Assembly (NCBI GenBank): GCA_963762145.1
Contig: CAVXJS010000011.1
Span: 576,001 to 640,000 of the forward strand
DNA length: 64,000 bases
DNA from: an uncultured Candidatus Rokubacteria bacterium
Lineage (GTDB): Bacteria > Methylomirabilota > Methylomirabilia > Rokubacteriales > CSP1-6
Direction of reading: 5' to 3'
Part shown: in pieces, positions 44,137 through 54,676 of the stretch
Layout: each line of letters starts with the position of its first letter
Position numbering within the stretch: position 1 is the first letter of the stretch
Program-made: the position numbers and the translations under genes
Notes under the pieces: model-generated
Databases searched by the model: none
What the model saw: the letters and a program-made list of their open reading frames with translations, nothing else
Told to the model about the DNA's origin: nothing

Positions 44137-45092
44137 CACGCGCCTCCCGGCCCGCGCGCCTCGAAGATCGCGCGCGGGTTGCCGACCAGCATCTGCTGGA
44201 TCTGCGCCTCGGTGACCCCCGCCTGGCGGAGCGCGGGCAGGATGTCGTCGGGGATGTGGTTGTAGTTCCACCGGGGCCGCGTCCGCCGCTTGTCGTCCTC
44301 GGAGAGCATGTCGCTCCAGCAGTTGGCGTCGTGCGAGAGGACCATGCGCTCCGCGTAGCCCTCCGCGCACAGGCGGGCGATGACCTCGACCCGCTTCGGC
44401 GTCGGCAGGAAGTGCTCGAGGCCGAAGCGGTCCATGCCGATGGTGCTGCCGCGGTCCATCAGTCCGCGGAGGTAGCCCAGGTCCTCGCTGTCGCCGCTGT
44501 GGCCGATGATGACCCGGCGGAGGTCCACGCCCTCCTGGGCGAAGATCGCCTGCTGCGCCTCCCCGGTCCGGCCCGCGGCCCAGGTGTGGGTCGAGATCGG
44601 CACCCCGGTCGCCTTCTGGGCCCGCGCGGAGGCGCGCAGGATGTTCTCGATGACCGGGGTCACCCCCGCGGTGTCGGTCGCGCACTTGATGATGGCGGCC
44701 TTGACGCCGCTGTCCCCGATGCCCTGCGTGATGTCGCGGACGAAGAGGTCGGCGACCGCGTCCACCCCGTGGCCGCTGAAGTACCGCTGCGGCATCCACC
44801 AGACGCCGGTGGCCACGATCACGTGGACGCGGGAGCGGCGGGCCACGTCGAGGATCAGGCCGATGTCGCGTCCCAGGTCCACGGTGGTCAGGTCCACGAT
44901 CGTGCGGATGCCGCGCGCGTGGAGATCGGCCATCTTCCGCTCCGCCATCGCGAGGATGCCGGCGCGGTCCCAGAGGTGCGGCCAGTTCTCCTGGACGCCG
45001 GGCGAGCGGGTGACGATGTGCTCGTGCATCAGCGTGGCGCCGAGCTCGGCGGTGGCCAGCGGACCGAGGGCCGTCTCTACCGTGGTGGTCAT
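44136..45092 (-). CDS. Phosphotriesterase-related protein
   Basis: TLMHEH, DLGRD, IIKCA, ISTH, IIGH, DRFG, LSHD. Confidence 0.9.
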   Translation of the reverse strand: MTTTVETALGPLATAELGATLMHEHIVTRSPGVQENWPHLWDRAGILAMAERKMADLHARGIRTIVDLTTVDLGRDIGLILDVARRSRVHVIVATGVWWMPQRYFSGHGVDAVADLFVRDITQGIGDSGVKAAIIKCATDTAGVTPVIENILRASARAQKATGVPISTHTWAAGRTGEAQQAIFAQEGVDLRRVIIGHSGDSEDLGYLRGLMDRGSTIGMDRFGLEHFLPTPKRVEVIARLCAEGYAERMVLSHDANCWSDMLSEDDKRRTRPRWNYNHIPDDILPALRQAGVTEAQIQQMLVGNPRAIFEARGPGGA

Positions 45093-45106
45093 TCCGGATC
45101 TCCTAT

Positions 45107-46276
45107 CTATCCCGCGACCGCGCGCACGAAGCGCTCGACCTCGGCTTCGTCGTTGTAGTAGTGGACGCTCGCGCGGACGAGCGCGTCGAACCCGCGCGCG
45201 GGCAGGTCGAGCCGCGAGGAGCGGGCCTGGGTGTGGGTGACGTTGATGTTCATGGCGCGGAGGCGCCGGCGGGTGGCCTCCGGGGCCTCGCCGGCCTTGA
45301 GAAAGGTGACGATCCCGCACTGCTCGACACCCAGGTCGTGGACGGTCACGCCGGGCAGTCTCGCGAGGTCCCGCCGGAGCCGGGCGGCGAGCCCCTTCAC
45401 GCGGACCTCGATCGGCTCGATGCCGAGCGCCAGGGCGTAGCGCACCGCGACGCCGAGGCCGATCTGGCCGGCCACGAAGCGCTCCCAGTTCTCGAAGCGC
45501 CGGGCGTCGTCGCGGAGCGTGTAGGTGTCGGCGTCGATCCACGCGGCGGCCTCCAGATCGATGAAGGGCGGCTCCAGCCCGCCGATGGTGTCGCGCCGCA
45601 CGTAGAGGAAGCCGGTGCCGCGCGGGCCGCGCAGGTACTTGCGCCCGGTCGCGGAGAGCATGTGGCAGCCGATGCGGCGCACGTCCACCGCGAGCTGGCC
45701 GACCGACTGGCAGGCGTCGAGCAGATACAGGATGCCGTGCCGCGCCGCGATCCGGCCGACCTCGGCGGCCGGGTTCACGAGCCCGCCCTGGGTGGGCACG
45801 TGGGTGATCGCGACGAGCCGGGTGCGCGGGCGGATCGCGCGCTCGAGGGCGGCCACGTCGAGCTGGCCCGAGGCGTCGTCGTCGACCACGTCGATCTCCA
45901 CGCCCGCGCGCCGCTTCATCTGGAGGAACGCGAGGTAGTTGGACGCGTACTCGGCCCGCGCGGTGATGATCCGGTCCCCGGCGCGGAAGGGGATGGCGTA
46001 GAAGGCCATGTCCCAGGCCCGCGTCGCGTTCTCCACGAACGCGATCTCGTCCGGGCCCGCGCCGATCAGCGCGGCGACCGCGTCGTAGACGTCGGCGATC
46101 CGGTCCTCGGCCTCCGCGGCCGCCTCGTAGCCGCCGATGGCCGCCTCGCGCTGGAGGTGGCCGACCACCGCGTCGAGCACCGGGCGCGGGGGCAATGCGG
46201 CGCCCGCGTTGTTGAAGTGCAGGACGTCGGCCACGCCGGGCGTGTCCGCTCGAAGACGCGGCACGTCGAGCGTCAT
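45107..46276 (-). CDS. Class V PLP enzyme (C-S lyase/EgtE-like or selenocysteine lyase-like)
   Basis: [41 protein letters not shown]; no GHHC-type catalytic Cys loop. Confidence 0.85.
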   Translation of the reverse strand: MTLDVPRLRADTPGVADVLHFNNAGAALPPRPVLDAVVGHLQREAAIGGYEAAAEAEDRIADVYDAVAALIGAGPDEIAFVENATRAWDMAFYAIPFRAGDRIITARAEYASNYLAFLQMKRRAGVEIDVVDDDASGQLDVAALERAIRPRTRLVAITHVPTQGGLVNPAAEVGRIAARHGILYLLDACQSVGQLAVDVRRIGCHMLSATGRKYLRGPRGTGFLYVRRDTIGGLEPPFIDLEAAAWIDADTYTLRDDARRFENWERFVAGQIGLGVAVRYALALGIEPIEVRVKGLAARLRRDLARLPGVTVHDLGVEQCGIVTFLKAGEAPEATRRRLRAMNINVTHTQARSSRLDLPARGFDALVRASVHYYNDEAEVERFVRAVAG

Positions 46277-47034
46277 CGCCCGCAGACCTCGAGCACCGGG
46301 TCCGGCCCGCGCACGGCGGCCAGCACCACCGCATGGATCGCCGGCTCGCGCAGGAGGCACCGGGCCGTCTCGCGCGCCGGGGTCCGGTCCGGGAGCGTGT
46401 CGACCTTGTTGATCAGGACGACGACCCGGGCGCCGGCCGGCACGCCCTTGCGCCCTCCGTCCGGATGGGCCAGGACGCGGGCCACGATCGCGGGCGTGAT
46501 CGGCGTCCCCAGCGACGCTCCCGAGAGCGCGCTGACGAGCTCCGGACGGTGCACGTGCTCGGCGTCCAGGGGAGCGCCGAAGACGTCCGCGCCGACCACG
46601 GGAACGACCAGCGTCGTGGCCGCCGGGATGACCGGCTCGTACCCGGCGGGGGCCTTGAAGGGACGCATGCGCGAGCCGTCCGCCTCGTTCAGGAGGCAGG
46701 CGTCCGGGAACCACGCGCGCAGGTGCCGGAAGAGATCGAGGGCAATGCCCTCGGCCTTGCCGCTCCCGGCCTCGGTCGGGCCGATGACGAGCACGTGCCC
46801 GTGGGCGGCCAGGGCGGCCGCGACGCGGTCCCGCGTCAGGTCGGCGGCGGGGACGTGGGCGGGGGCCAGCGCGATCTGCGCGCCGAAGATGCGGGTGGTC
46901 GTGGTGGTGATCGCGCGCCCGCCGCGGTCCACCACCTCGCGCGCCAGGCGGAACATCGCGGTGGTCTTGCCGCCACCCCCGACGAGCGCGACGCTCTCGT
47001 CCGCCGCCATCCGCAGCGCGTCCGCCAGCGTCAT
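46273..47034 (-). CDS. yqeC: Selenium cofactor biosynthesis protein YqeC
   Basis: [39 protein letters not shown]; ATGA overlaps on both sides. Confidence 0.85.
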   Translation of the reverse strand: MTLADALRMAADESVALVGGGGKTTAMFRLAREVVDRGGRAITTTTTRIFGAQIALAPAHVPAADLTRDRVAAALAAHGHVLVIGPTEAGSGKAEGIALDLFRHLRAWFPDACLLNEADGSRMRPFKAPAGYEPVIPAATTLVVPVVGADVFGAPLDAEHVHRPELVSALSGASLGTPITPAIVARVLAHPDGGRKGVPAGARVVVLINKVDTLPDRTPARETARCLLREPAIHAVVLAAVRGPDPVLEVCGR

Positions 47035-49220
47035 CGACGCGCGCGGAAGCGGTCCAGGACGTTGCGGAGGATGCGCGAGACGTTGTTGTCGTAGCGGTTG
47101 TGCGACAGGCTGCCGCAGAAGGTGATGGAGCCCACCGCGAAGACCGCGCCCCCGCCGGGCAGCTCGGCGTAGGTCATGTCGGCGCGCAGGAGCCGGGCCG
47201 GCTTCTCCCCGGTCACCGTGGCCAGGTGCGAGAGCAGCTCCTCGGGCACCACGATGAAGCTCGGGCCGTGTCCCTCGGAGCTGGCCACCACGATGGCGCC
47301 CGCGGGCGTGCCGAGCGCGGGGTCGGCGCGGTCGAGCTCGAAGCCGGCCGCTCCGCCGCCCGAGAGGCCGAAGTCGCCGATGACCTCGTCGGTGACGCCG
47401 TCCAGGATCCAGGCCGCCCTCGGATCGTCCGCCCCGGGCTGGCGGCGATAGTACGAGCCCTCGAAGAGGCCCTGGCCCGAGAAGCCCACCGTCGCGATCC
47501 GCTGCGGCGGGCGCCCGTTGCGGCGCCAGAGGCCGCCGTAGGCGCCGTCGAGCGCGTGGTAGTACTCGCCGGTCTGCGCGTCCCACGCCCGGATGCCGCC
47601 CTCGGCGCGCCGCACCTCGATGACGCCGGGCACCGCGGCGCTGGTGGCGATGCGCCAGTAGAATCCGTTGCCGCCCAGGTAGACCAGCCGGCCGCCGCCG
47701 TCCAGGTAGCCCTGGTGCGCGTCGAGCGTGCGCGCGGTGTGGTACTCGGGATGCGAGCCGGTGAGCACCGCCGCGTACGGGGCGAGCAGGGCCGCGCCCT
47801 CGGCCTCCACGTCCTCGTCGGTGACGACGTCGACGCGGATGCCCTGCGCCTCGAGCCAGTCGAGCAGATGGGTGTCCGCCGAGTAGTGGCGCAGGCCCGA
47901 GCCGCGCGCGTCGAGGAAGGTGAGATAGCGGGGCCGGAAGGTCAGCACGGGGCGGAGGCGGGACGAATAGCAGATGCCGCTGCCGTCCCGGTGCCGGTTG
48001 TACGTGGACCAGCCGTAGTCCGGATGATCGTCCGGGGTGTGGGGCGCGGCGCCCCACGCGGCGACGCGCTCCCGGTACGCGGCGTTGGTGGAGCCGCGCG
48101 CGTGATTCGCGTAGGCCTGATACGTGTAGGTGGACGCGATGTAGCACACGTCCGCGCGGGGCCCGCCGCGGGGCGGCCGCACGTAGAACGGCAGGTCGTC
48201 GGCGTGGCCCTCCGCGGACAGCCGCATGAGGTAGGCGCCGCTCGGCAGGTCGTCCGGCACCGTGAACTCGAAATCGGTGGCCCAGCCCGCGTCGTGGACG
48301 TCGTCGTCGTGGAAGTGGATGGCCGCGTACTCCCGCGGGGCGTGACGCCAGCACATCTCGTGTCCCGTCCAGCGCGCGCCGGTCACCGCGCGCGTCGGGA
48401 GGTTGACGAGCCGGCCCCCGAGGCGGTGCGGGCCCACGTCGGTGACGGCGAGCCCGTCGATGCCGCGGGAGAAGTCCCAGCCCGCGACCAGCTCCGCGGG
48501 CGGGAGCAGGGGATCGAGCACCAGCGCCTCCGGCGCGCTCGCCGCCGCGGCGAGCAGCAGCGGGTCCTCGATCTTGCCGTTGTAGTGCTCGCGCGCGTCG
48601 GGCGCCAGGCGCGCGCCGATCAGCAGCGGCGCGGCGGTGTCGAGCCGGGCCGCGGGCGGCAGCGGCGCCGACGCGTCCTCCCGGCCGCCGCCGACGAGCG
48701 GCGCGTGGCCGACGCGCAGCGTGCCCGCGGCCGGGTCGGCCACCAGCCAGATGCGGTGCCAGCGCCGGAGCGGGAGCGCCCGGCCGGTGGAGACGGTGAG
48801 CGGGCCGCCACCCGGCGCGCCGACCCGCGCGGTGACGCCGCCGGGGCCGAGCGACAGGGCCCAGCCCGCGTGGCCGGTCTCGTCCCAGCGGGAGATCACG
48901 CACTGCTCGCGCGGCGCCGCGTAGGTCGGCCAGACCAGGGCGGAGACGGTGAGCGGTCCCGGCGTGCGCAGGGCCGTCGCGGCGTCGACGCGGACATAGG
49001 AGCCCTGGGCGAGCGGCTGGACGCGGGAGGGGCGCTCGATCGCGAAGCGGGCGGCGAGATCCTCGATCTTCACGCCGGGCCCGGCCGGGTTCGGATCGGC
49101 GTGGATGACCCGCGCGAGGCGGGCGCGATACGGTCCCGCCGCCGTGCTCGAGACCTTGAAGGCGATGCGCTCGCCGGGCGCGGCGGAGAGCCGGTCGCTA
49201 TAGCCGGTGAGCGGGATCAC
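47031..49220 (-). CDS. N,N-dimethylformamidase large (beta) subunit family
   Basis: GYSDRLS, LamG-like insert, [42 protein letters not shown]. Confidence 0.87.
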   Translation of the reverse strand: MIPLTGYSDRLSAAPGERIAFKVSSTAAGPYRARLARVIHADPNPAGPGVKIEDLAARFAIERPSRVQPLAQGSYVRVDAATALRTPGPLTVSALVWPTYAAPREQCVISRWDETGHAGWALSLGPGGVTARVGAPGGGPLTVSTGRALPLRRWHRIWLVADPAAGTLRVGHAPLVGGGREDASAPLPPAARLDTAAPLLIGARLAPDAREHYNGKIEDPLLLAAAASAPEALVLDPLLPPAELVAGWDFSRGIDGLAVTDVGPHRLGGRLVNLPTRAVTGARWTGHEMCWRHAPREYAAIHFHDDDVHDAGWATDFEFTVPDDLPSGAYLMRLSAEGHADDLPFYVRPPRGGPRADVCYIASTYTYQAYANHARGSTNAAYRERVAAWGAAPHTPDDHPDYGWSTYNRHRDGSGICYSSRLRPVLTFRPRYLTFLDARGSGLRHYSADTHLLDWLEAQGIRVDVVTDEDVEAEGAALLAPYAAVLTGSHPEYHTARTLDAHQGYLDGGGRLVYLGGNGFYWRIATSAAVPGVIEVRRAEGGIRAWDAQTGEYYHALDGAYGGLWRRNGRPPQRIATVGFSGQGLFEGSYYRRQPGADDPRAAWILDGVTDEVIGDFGLSGGGAAGFELDRADPALGTPAGAIVVASSEGHGPSFIVVPEELLSHLATVTGEKPARLLRADMTYAELPGGGAVFAVGSITFCGSLSHNRYDNNVSRILRNVLDRFRARR

Positions 49221-50568
49221 TTAGCCGAGGAACTGCTCGCACACCTCGAGCCAGGCCTGGGTGGTGAGGGCCAGGGATTCGACGTCGATGCGCTCGTCGT
49301 TGCCGTGGAAGCGGCCGGACATCGCCTCCGCGGTCAGCGTGCGCGAGAAGAGCCCGAAGCCGTAGGCCACCGCGCCCTTCTCGCGGAAGTAGGGCGCGTC
49401 GGTGAAGCCCACGATCATCTTGGGCAGGAGCTTCGCCCCCGGGTAGTGCGCGTCCACCACGCGGCCCAGCACGTGCCAGAGCGGGGTGCCGGTGGGGGAG
49501 GTGGAGGCGGGCTTGGAGAAGAGCTTCTCGACCTCGATCTCCTCGGCGAGGCCGCCCAGGGCCTTGTCGAGATGCCGGCGCACCTCGTCCTCGTTGTCGC
49601 CGGGGACGGTGCGGATGTCCACCTCGACGTCCACCGCGTCCGGGATCACGTTGGTCTTCACGCCGCCGTGGCAGACGTTCGGGGAGAACGTGGTGTGGGT
49701 GGCCGACCACGAGAGCTTGGCGAGGGCGGGCGCGAGGCCTTCGATGGCCTCGTCCACCCGCGAGGGATCGGCGAGGGCTTCCTTCACCGCGGGAGCGAGG
49801 TGCAGCGTGTCCACGAAGGCGCGCCACAGCTCGTCGACGTAGGGCGAGGGCCGGTAGTCGGCCAGGCGGCTCACCACCTGCGCGGCCTTGACCAGGGCGT
49901 TGTTCGAGCCGTAGGGCATCGAGCCGTGCCCGGGCGTGCCCTTGACGCGAAGGCGGCGCCACGCCACGCCCTTCTCGCCGACGTGCACGGTGACGTTCAG
50001 CTCGTCGCCCCGGGTTCCGCGGCTCACGGTGCCGCCGTTCTCGGTCAGGCAGTAGTCGGCCCGGAGCGCGTCCCAGTGCCGCTCGACCACGTGCCCGGCG
50101 CCGAGGGTGCCGCCGGCCTCCTCGTCGGCGCAGGCCAGGTAGACGAGCGTGCCGCGCGGCCGCCAGCCGCGGACGGCCAGGGTCTTGAGCGCGACCGCCT
50201 GCGAGGCGGTGAGGTTCAGCATGTCCACCGCGCCGCGCCCCCACACCTCGCCGTCGACGAGCTCGCCGCCGAAGGGATCGCGCGTCCAGGTCTTGGGGTT
50301 CACCGGCACCACGTCGGTGTGGCCCATCAGGCACAGCGTGGGCGCCTTGGGATCGGTGCCCTCGATGCGGGCCACGAGGCTGCCGCGGCCGGGGGCGTGC
50401 GCGGGCTCGTAGACCTCGAGGTCGAGGCCGCTGCCCTCGAAGTAGCTGCGGAGCGTGTCGCTGTTGCGGGTCTCCTGGCCGGAGAGCAGCGGTGCCGTCG
50501 TTCACGCACTGGTTGCGGATCATGTGCTGCAGCAGCTCCACCGTCTGTCCGGTCAGGGCATCGCTCAT
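49221..50568 (-). CDS. M20/M25/M40 metallo-hydrolase (frameshifted near the N-terminus)
   Basis: GHTDVVP, WGRGAVDM, ADEEAGG, TENGG, GHGSMP, GFTDA, HGNDERI. Confidence 0.88.
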
Positions 50569-50579
50569 GGATCGGTATC

Positions 50580-51419
50580 CTAGCCAGCGGGCGCGGTCTT
50601 GTCGAGGGGCCGCTCGAAGACCGCCTGGATCGAGACGAGCCGGCCCTCGTCGCGATTGCGATGGCCGACGCGGATGATCTCGTCGATGGCGTCCCCCATC
50701 ACGAGGCGCTGGATGCTGTGCGCGGGGATCGCGGCCGCGGTCGCGGGGCCTGCGGTCTCCGCGGTCACGTCGTCCCACGCGCGGAGCCGGAATCCGGCGG
50801 CCTCGATCACCGCGCGCATCTCGGCCGGCGGGCGCAGGAAGGTCGTCGAGGCATCGCGCGCCCACATCACCGGATAGAGCAGGGGCTGCACCGGGCCGGT
50901 CATCGGCTCCTGCAGCGCCAGCAGGCCGCCGGGCCGCAGCACCCGATGGAAGCCCGCGTAGAGGCGCTCCTTGTCCGCGATGTTCATGCCGCTGTTCTGC
51001 GTCCACACGAGATCGAAGGCCCCGTCGGGGAAGGGCAGGGCGAGCGCGTTGCCCACGTGGTGGCTGACGCGATCGTCGAGGCGCATCCGCGTGGTCAACG
51101 TCTGCGCGGCGCGCACGTAGGAGGCGGTCAGGTCCACGGTCGTGACGAGGCAGCCGAACTCCACCGCCAGCGTGCGGGCGGGGCCGCCGAATCCGCCGCC
51201 GACGTCGAGGACCCGCATGCCGCGCGCGGCCCCGGCGAGGCGCGCGAGGCGGTCGGTGGCGGGCTTGCCGCCGCCGTGGAACTGGTCCACCGGTGCCACC
51301 GCGTCGGGCGTGAGCGCGTCGAGGTCGGCGCCGCGCGCGGTGAGGGCGGCCAGGATGGCCTCCGCGAGGTTCTCGCGCCCCCAGTAGGCCTCGATGGTGC
51401 GCGCGTCGAATTCGGGCAT
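50580..51419 (-). CDS. Class I SAM methyltransferase (sarcosine/dimethylglycine N-methyltransferase-like)
   Basis: DQFHGGG, VLDVGGGFGGPAR, MNIADK, VLRPGG. Confidence 0.85.
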   Translation of the reverse strand: MPEFDARTIEAYWGRENLAEAILAALTARGADLDALTPDAVAPVDQFHGGGKPATDRLARLAGAARGMRVLDVGGGFGGPARTLAVEFGCLVTTVDLTASYVRAAQTLTTRMRLDDRVSHHVGNALALPFPDGAFDLVWTQNSGMNIADKERLYAGFHRVLRPGGLLALQEPMTGPVQPLLYPVMWARDASTTFLRPPAEMRAVIEAAGFRLRAWDDVTAETAGPATAAAIPAHSIQRLVMGDAIDEIIRVGHRNRDEGRLVSIQAVFERPLDKTAPAG

Positions 51420-51420
51420 T

Positions 51421-52257
51421 TCAGCCGGCGAGCGCGGCCATGCGGTCGAGGAAGGGCAGCGCGTCGTCGAGGCGGCGCGGCGCCACCAGGGTGACGCGCG
51501 TCACGCCCAGGTCCTCCAGGCGCCTCACCGCGTCGGGGGTGGGTGGCTTGAACGCGAAGACCGAGACCGAGAGGTCGTCGGGCCGGCGGCCCGCGACCCG
51601 GGCCCGCTCCTGGAGGTCGGCGATGGCGGCGGGCAGGTCGTCCAGCAGCACGTCGATCGGGATCCACCCGTCGCAGTACTCCACCACGCGCGCCCGGCCC
51701 TGAGCGGTGGCGCCGCCGAACAGGATCGGCGGATGCGGGGTCTGCACCGGCTTGGGGAAGGAGATCGCGCGGTCGAAGTTGACGAACTCCCCGTGAAACG
51801 ACGCCTCGTCCTGGGTCCAGAGGGCCTTCATGGCGAGCACGCGCTCGCGCAGCACGCGCCACCGCTTGGCGAACGGCGTGCCGTGATGCTCCATCTCCTC
51901 CCGGTTCCACCCCCCGCCGATGCCGAAGAGCACGCGGCCGCGGGAGAGCCAGTCGAGGGTGGCGACCGCCTTGGCGAGGACGATCGGGTCGTGCTCGACC
52001 ACCAGGCAGATGCCGGTGCCGAGCTTGATCGTCCGCGTCGCGGCCGCCGCCGCCATCAGGGAGACGAACGGATCGGCCATGTGATAGTACGGCTTGGGCA
52101 GCGGCTCGCCGCCCGGGTACGGCGTCTGCCGGGCGGCCGGGATGTGGGTGTGCTCGCCGACCCAGAAGGACTCGAACCCGCGGTCCTCCGCGGCGCGGGC
52201 CAGCTCGTCCGGCCGCGCGCCGTACTCCACGTTGTAGCTGAAGACGCCGAGGTGCAT
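51421..52257 (-). CDS. LLM class F420-dependent oxidoreductase
   Basis: FESFWVGEHTH, DPFVSL, GIGGGWNREEM, PKPVQ. Confidence 0.88.
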   Translation of the reverse strand: MHLGVFSYNVEYGARPDELARAAEDRGFESFWVGEHTHIPAARQTPYPGGEPLPKPYYHMADPFVSLMAAAAATRTIKLGTGICLVVEHDPIVLAKAVATLDWLSRGRVLFGIGGGWNREEMEHHGTPFAKRWRVLRERVLAMKALWTQDEASFHGEFVNFDRAISFPKPVQTPHPPILFGGATAQGRARVVEYCDGWIPIDVLLDDLPAAIADLQERARVAGRRPDDLSVSVFAFKPPTPDAVRRLEDLGVTRVTLVAPRRLDDALPFLDRMAALAG

Positions 52258-52276
52258 CGCGGGCGCCGGGCCGCGC

Positions 52277-53287
52277 CTACCTGCCCCGGCGCGCGCGCCC
52301 GGGCGCGTAGACCTCGGGGTTGACCACGTTGATCGGGCGCTCCCGGAGCAGCACGCGGGCGATCTCCTCGCCGCAGCGCTTCGGCACCTGGGCCACCGCG
52401 GGAGAGGAGAAGTAGGCCGCGTGCGGCGTGAGGATCACGTTGTCCATGCGGCGCAACGGGCTGTCGGCCGCGAGCGGCTCCTCCTCGAAGACGTCGAGCG
52501 CCGCGCCGGCCAGCTGCCCCGCCTGCAGCGCGCGGACCAGGGCGCGCTCGTCGACCACCGGACCGCGGGAGGTATTGACGAGACAGGCGGTCGGCTTCAT
52601 GCGCTTGAAGAAGGCGTCGTTGATCAGGCCGCGCGTCTCCGCGTTCAGCAGCGCGTGGACCGAGACGTAGTCCGCCCGCGCGGCCAGCGTGAGCAGGTCC
52701 ACCCGCTCGACGCCGAGGGCGGCGAAGCGGGCGTCGTCCACGTGGGGGTCGCAGGCGATGACGTGCGTCTCGAGCGCGGCGATCCGGCGGGCGAAGGCGC
52801 TGCCGATGTTGCCGAGCCCGACGATGCCCACCGTCTCGCCGTGGAGCGAGCCGGTGACCGCCCCCGGGACCCGCGAGCTCCACGTGCCGGCGTGCACCTC
52901 GCGGTCGAGCGTGACGATCTTGCGGTTCCAGGCCAGCAGCAGGGCGAGCGCGTGGTTGGCCACCTCGCGGATCCAGACGTCGGGCACGTTGATCACCACC
53001 ACGCCCAGCTCCGTCGCGGCCGGCACGTCGATGACGTCGTAGCCCACGCCGGTACGCATCACCGCCTTGACGCCCTCGAGCGACTCCATCACGCGACGGG
53101 TGACCGGCGACGAGGAGATGATGAGCGCGTCGGCGTCGCGGGTGCGGGCGATCACCTCGTCGGCGTCGCCGATGAAGGGCAGCGAGACCAGCTGGGCGGG
53201 CACGCGGTCGAGCGCGGTCTGGCAGTCGGCGTAGTCGCGCTCGCCGCGGCCCTGGATGACGTACACCTTGAACGGTCGGTCGGGCAC
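52277..53287 (-). CDS. D-2-hydroxyacid dehydrogenase (CtBP-like)
   Basis: GVGYDVID, NVPD, GLGNIG, NTSRG, LDVFEEEP, TPHAA. Confidence 0.88.
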   Translation of the reverse strand: MPDRPFKVYVIQGRGERDYADCQTALDRVPAQLVSLPFIGDADEVIARTRDADALIISSSPVTRRVMESLEGVKAVMRTGVGYDVIDVPAATELGVVVINVPDVWIREVANHALALLLAWNRKIVTLDREVHAGTWSSRVPGAVTGSLHGETVGIVGLGNIGSAFARRIAALETHVIACDPHVDDARFAALGVERVDLLTLAARADYVSVHALLNAETRGLINDAFFKRMKPTACLVNTSRGPVVDERALVRALQAGQLAGAALDVFEEEPLAADSPLRRMDNVILTPHAAYFSSPAVAQVPKRCGEEIARVLLRERPINVVNPEVYAPGRARRGR

Positions 53288-53325
53288 TGGTCTCTCCGTC
53301 GGAATGGGATGTGGGTCAGAATCGG

Positions 53326-54087
53326 TCAGAATTGGCCGTGGCGGCCGGCGCCCGTCGCGAAGCGTTCCGCGCCCGCCTGGCTCTCGCCGGTGTCGTGGGT
53401 GGCCTTGCCCAGCCGGAACTCGTTGGCCATGGCCGCGGGCAGGGGCAGGCCCGCGCTCTCCCATGCGGAGCGCCGGTCGCTGCGCACGCAGTGCGGGGGG
53501 AAGGCCGCGATGTCCCGGGCCAGCGCCTCCGCCGCCTCGCGGGCCCGGCCGGCCGGGACCACGCGGTTGGCCAGCCCGAAGCCGAGCGCCTCCCGCGCAT
53601 CCACCGGGCGGCCGGTCAGGATCAAGTCGAGCGCGCGCGACAGGCCGATCAGCTGGGGTAGCCTGACCGTTCCGCCGTCGATCAGCGGCACGCCCCAGCG
53701 GCGGCAGAAGACCCCGAAGATCGCGGTGTCGCCGGCCACGCGCAGGTCGCACATCAGCGAGAGCTCGAGCCCGCCCGCCACCGCGTGGCCCTCCACCGCG
53801 GCGATCGTCGGCTTGGTGAACGCCATCCGCGTGGGGCCCATGGGCCCGGGGCCGTCGGCGGCCAGGCGCAGGCCGCGCCCGGTCCCCCGGGCCTTGAGGT
53901 CCGCCCCCGCGCAGAACGTGCCGCCCGCGCCCCAGAGCACGGCGACCCGCAGGGTCTCGTCCCGCTCGAACTCCTCGAAGGCCTCGATCAGGGCCCGCGC
54001 CGCGGGCCCGTCCACCGCGTTCCGGGCCTCGGGGCGGTCCATGACGATCGTCGCCACCATGTCGCTTCGCTCGATTCGAATGGCCAT
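53326..54087 (-). CDS. Enoyl-CoA hydratase/crotonase
   Basis: FCAGADL, AVAGGLEL, RRWGVPLIDGGT. Confidence 0.9.
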   Translation of the reverse strand: MAIRIERSDMVATIVMDRPEARNAVDGPAARALIEAFEEFERDETLRVAVLWGAGGTFCAGADLKARGTGRGLRLAADGPGPMGPTRMAFTKPTIAAVEGHAVAGGLELSLMCDLRVAGDTAIFGVFCRRWGVPLIDGGTVRLPQLIGLSRALDLILTGRPVDAREALGFGLANRVVPAGRAREAAEALARDIAAFPPHCVRSDRRSAWESAGLPLPAAMANEFRLGKATHDTGESQAGAERFATGAGRHGQF

Positions 54088-54226
54088 CGGGTCTCTCCTC
54101 GTGCCGGTCGCGGCCCCGGAAGAATCTATCACCTTTCGCCGGGGGGCCTTTCACACCGGAGCCCGGCCGGGGTCACACGAGCAGAAGCGAGACCCCACCA
54201 CCCGGCCCACCAAGAGGGAGGACACG

Positions 54227-54676
54227 ATGAGCGAGAAGGCGACGATGCTGCGGGATGCGGACCTGGCGTTCGGGGAGCTGCGTGCAGCGATCGAGGGGTT
54301 GAGCGACGAGGACATGCGCCGGGTCTGGCTCGGGACCTGGGGCGTGCGCGAGATCCTGATCCACATCACGGGCTGGCACGACGAGATGGCGGTCGCGCTC
54401 GGCCGGGTCGCGAAAGGGGATGCGCCGTATCCGAAGGGGACGTACGATGACTTCGATGCGTGGAACGCGCGCTTCGTGGAGCAGAAGGCAGGCGTGAAGA
54501 CCGCCGACGTGGTGGCCGACGTGGAGGCCTCCCACCGCAAGCTGGTGGCCGCGGCCGCCGCGCTGCCGGAGACCCTCTTCGCCGCCGACGGCGCCGCGCG
54601 GGGCCCGTTCGACGGAGCCGGCGCCGGGCACTACCGCGAGCACACGGAGCAGATCCGTCAATGGCGACAGGGCTAG
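54227..54676 (+). CDS. ClbS/DfsB (DinB-like) four-helix bundle protein
   Basis: WGVREILIHITGW, DAWNARF, HYREH; GGAGG RBS. Confidence 0.75.
   Translation: MSEKATMLRDADLAFGELRAAIEGLSDEDMRRVWLGTWGVREILIHITGWHDEMAVALGRVAKGDAPYPKGTYDDFDAWNARFVEQKAGVKTADVVADVEASHRKLVAAAAALPETLFAADGAARGPFDGAGAGHYREHTEQIRQWRQG

Noticed and set aside
47100-51494. 1464-aa plus-strand ORF, and similar long ORFs such as 18100-20643, 23921-26509 and 58789-61179
   Set aside because: Antisense or off-frame shadows of real genes in GC-rich DNA; Arg/Gly/Ala-rich with no motifs
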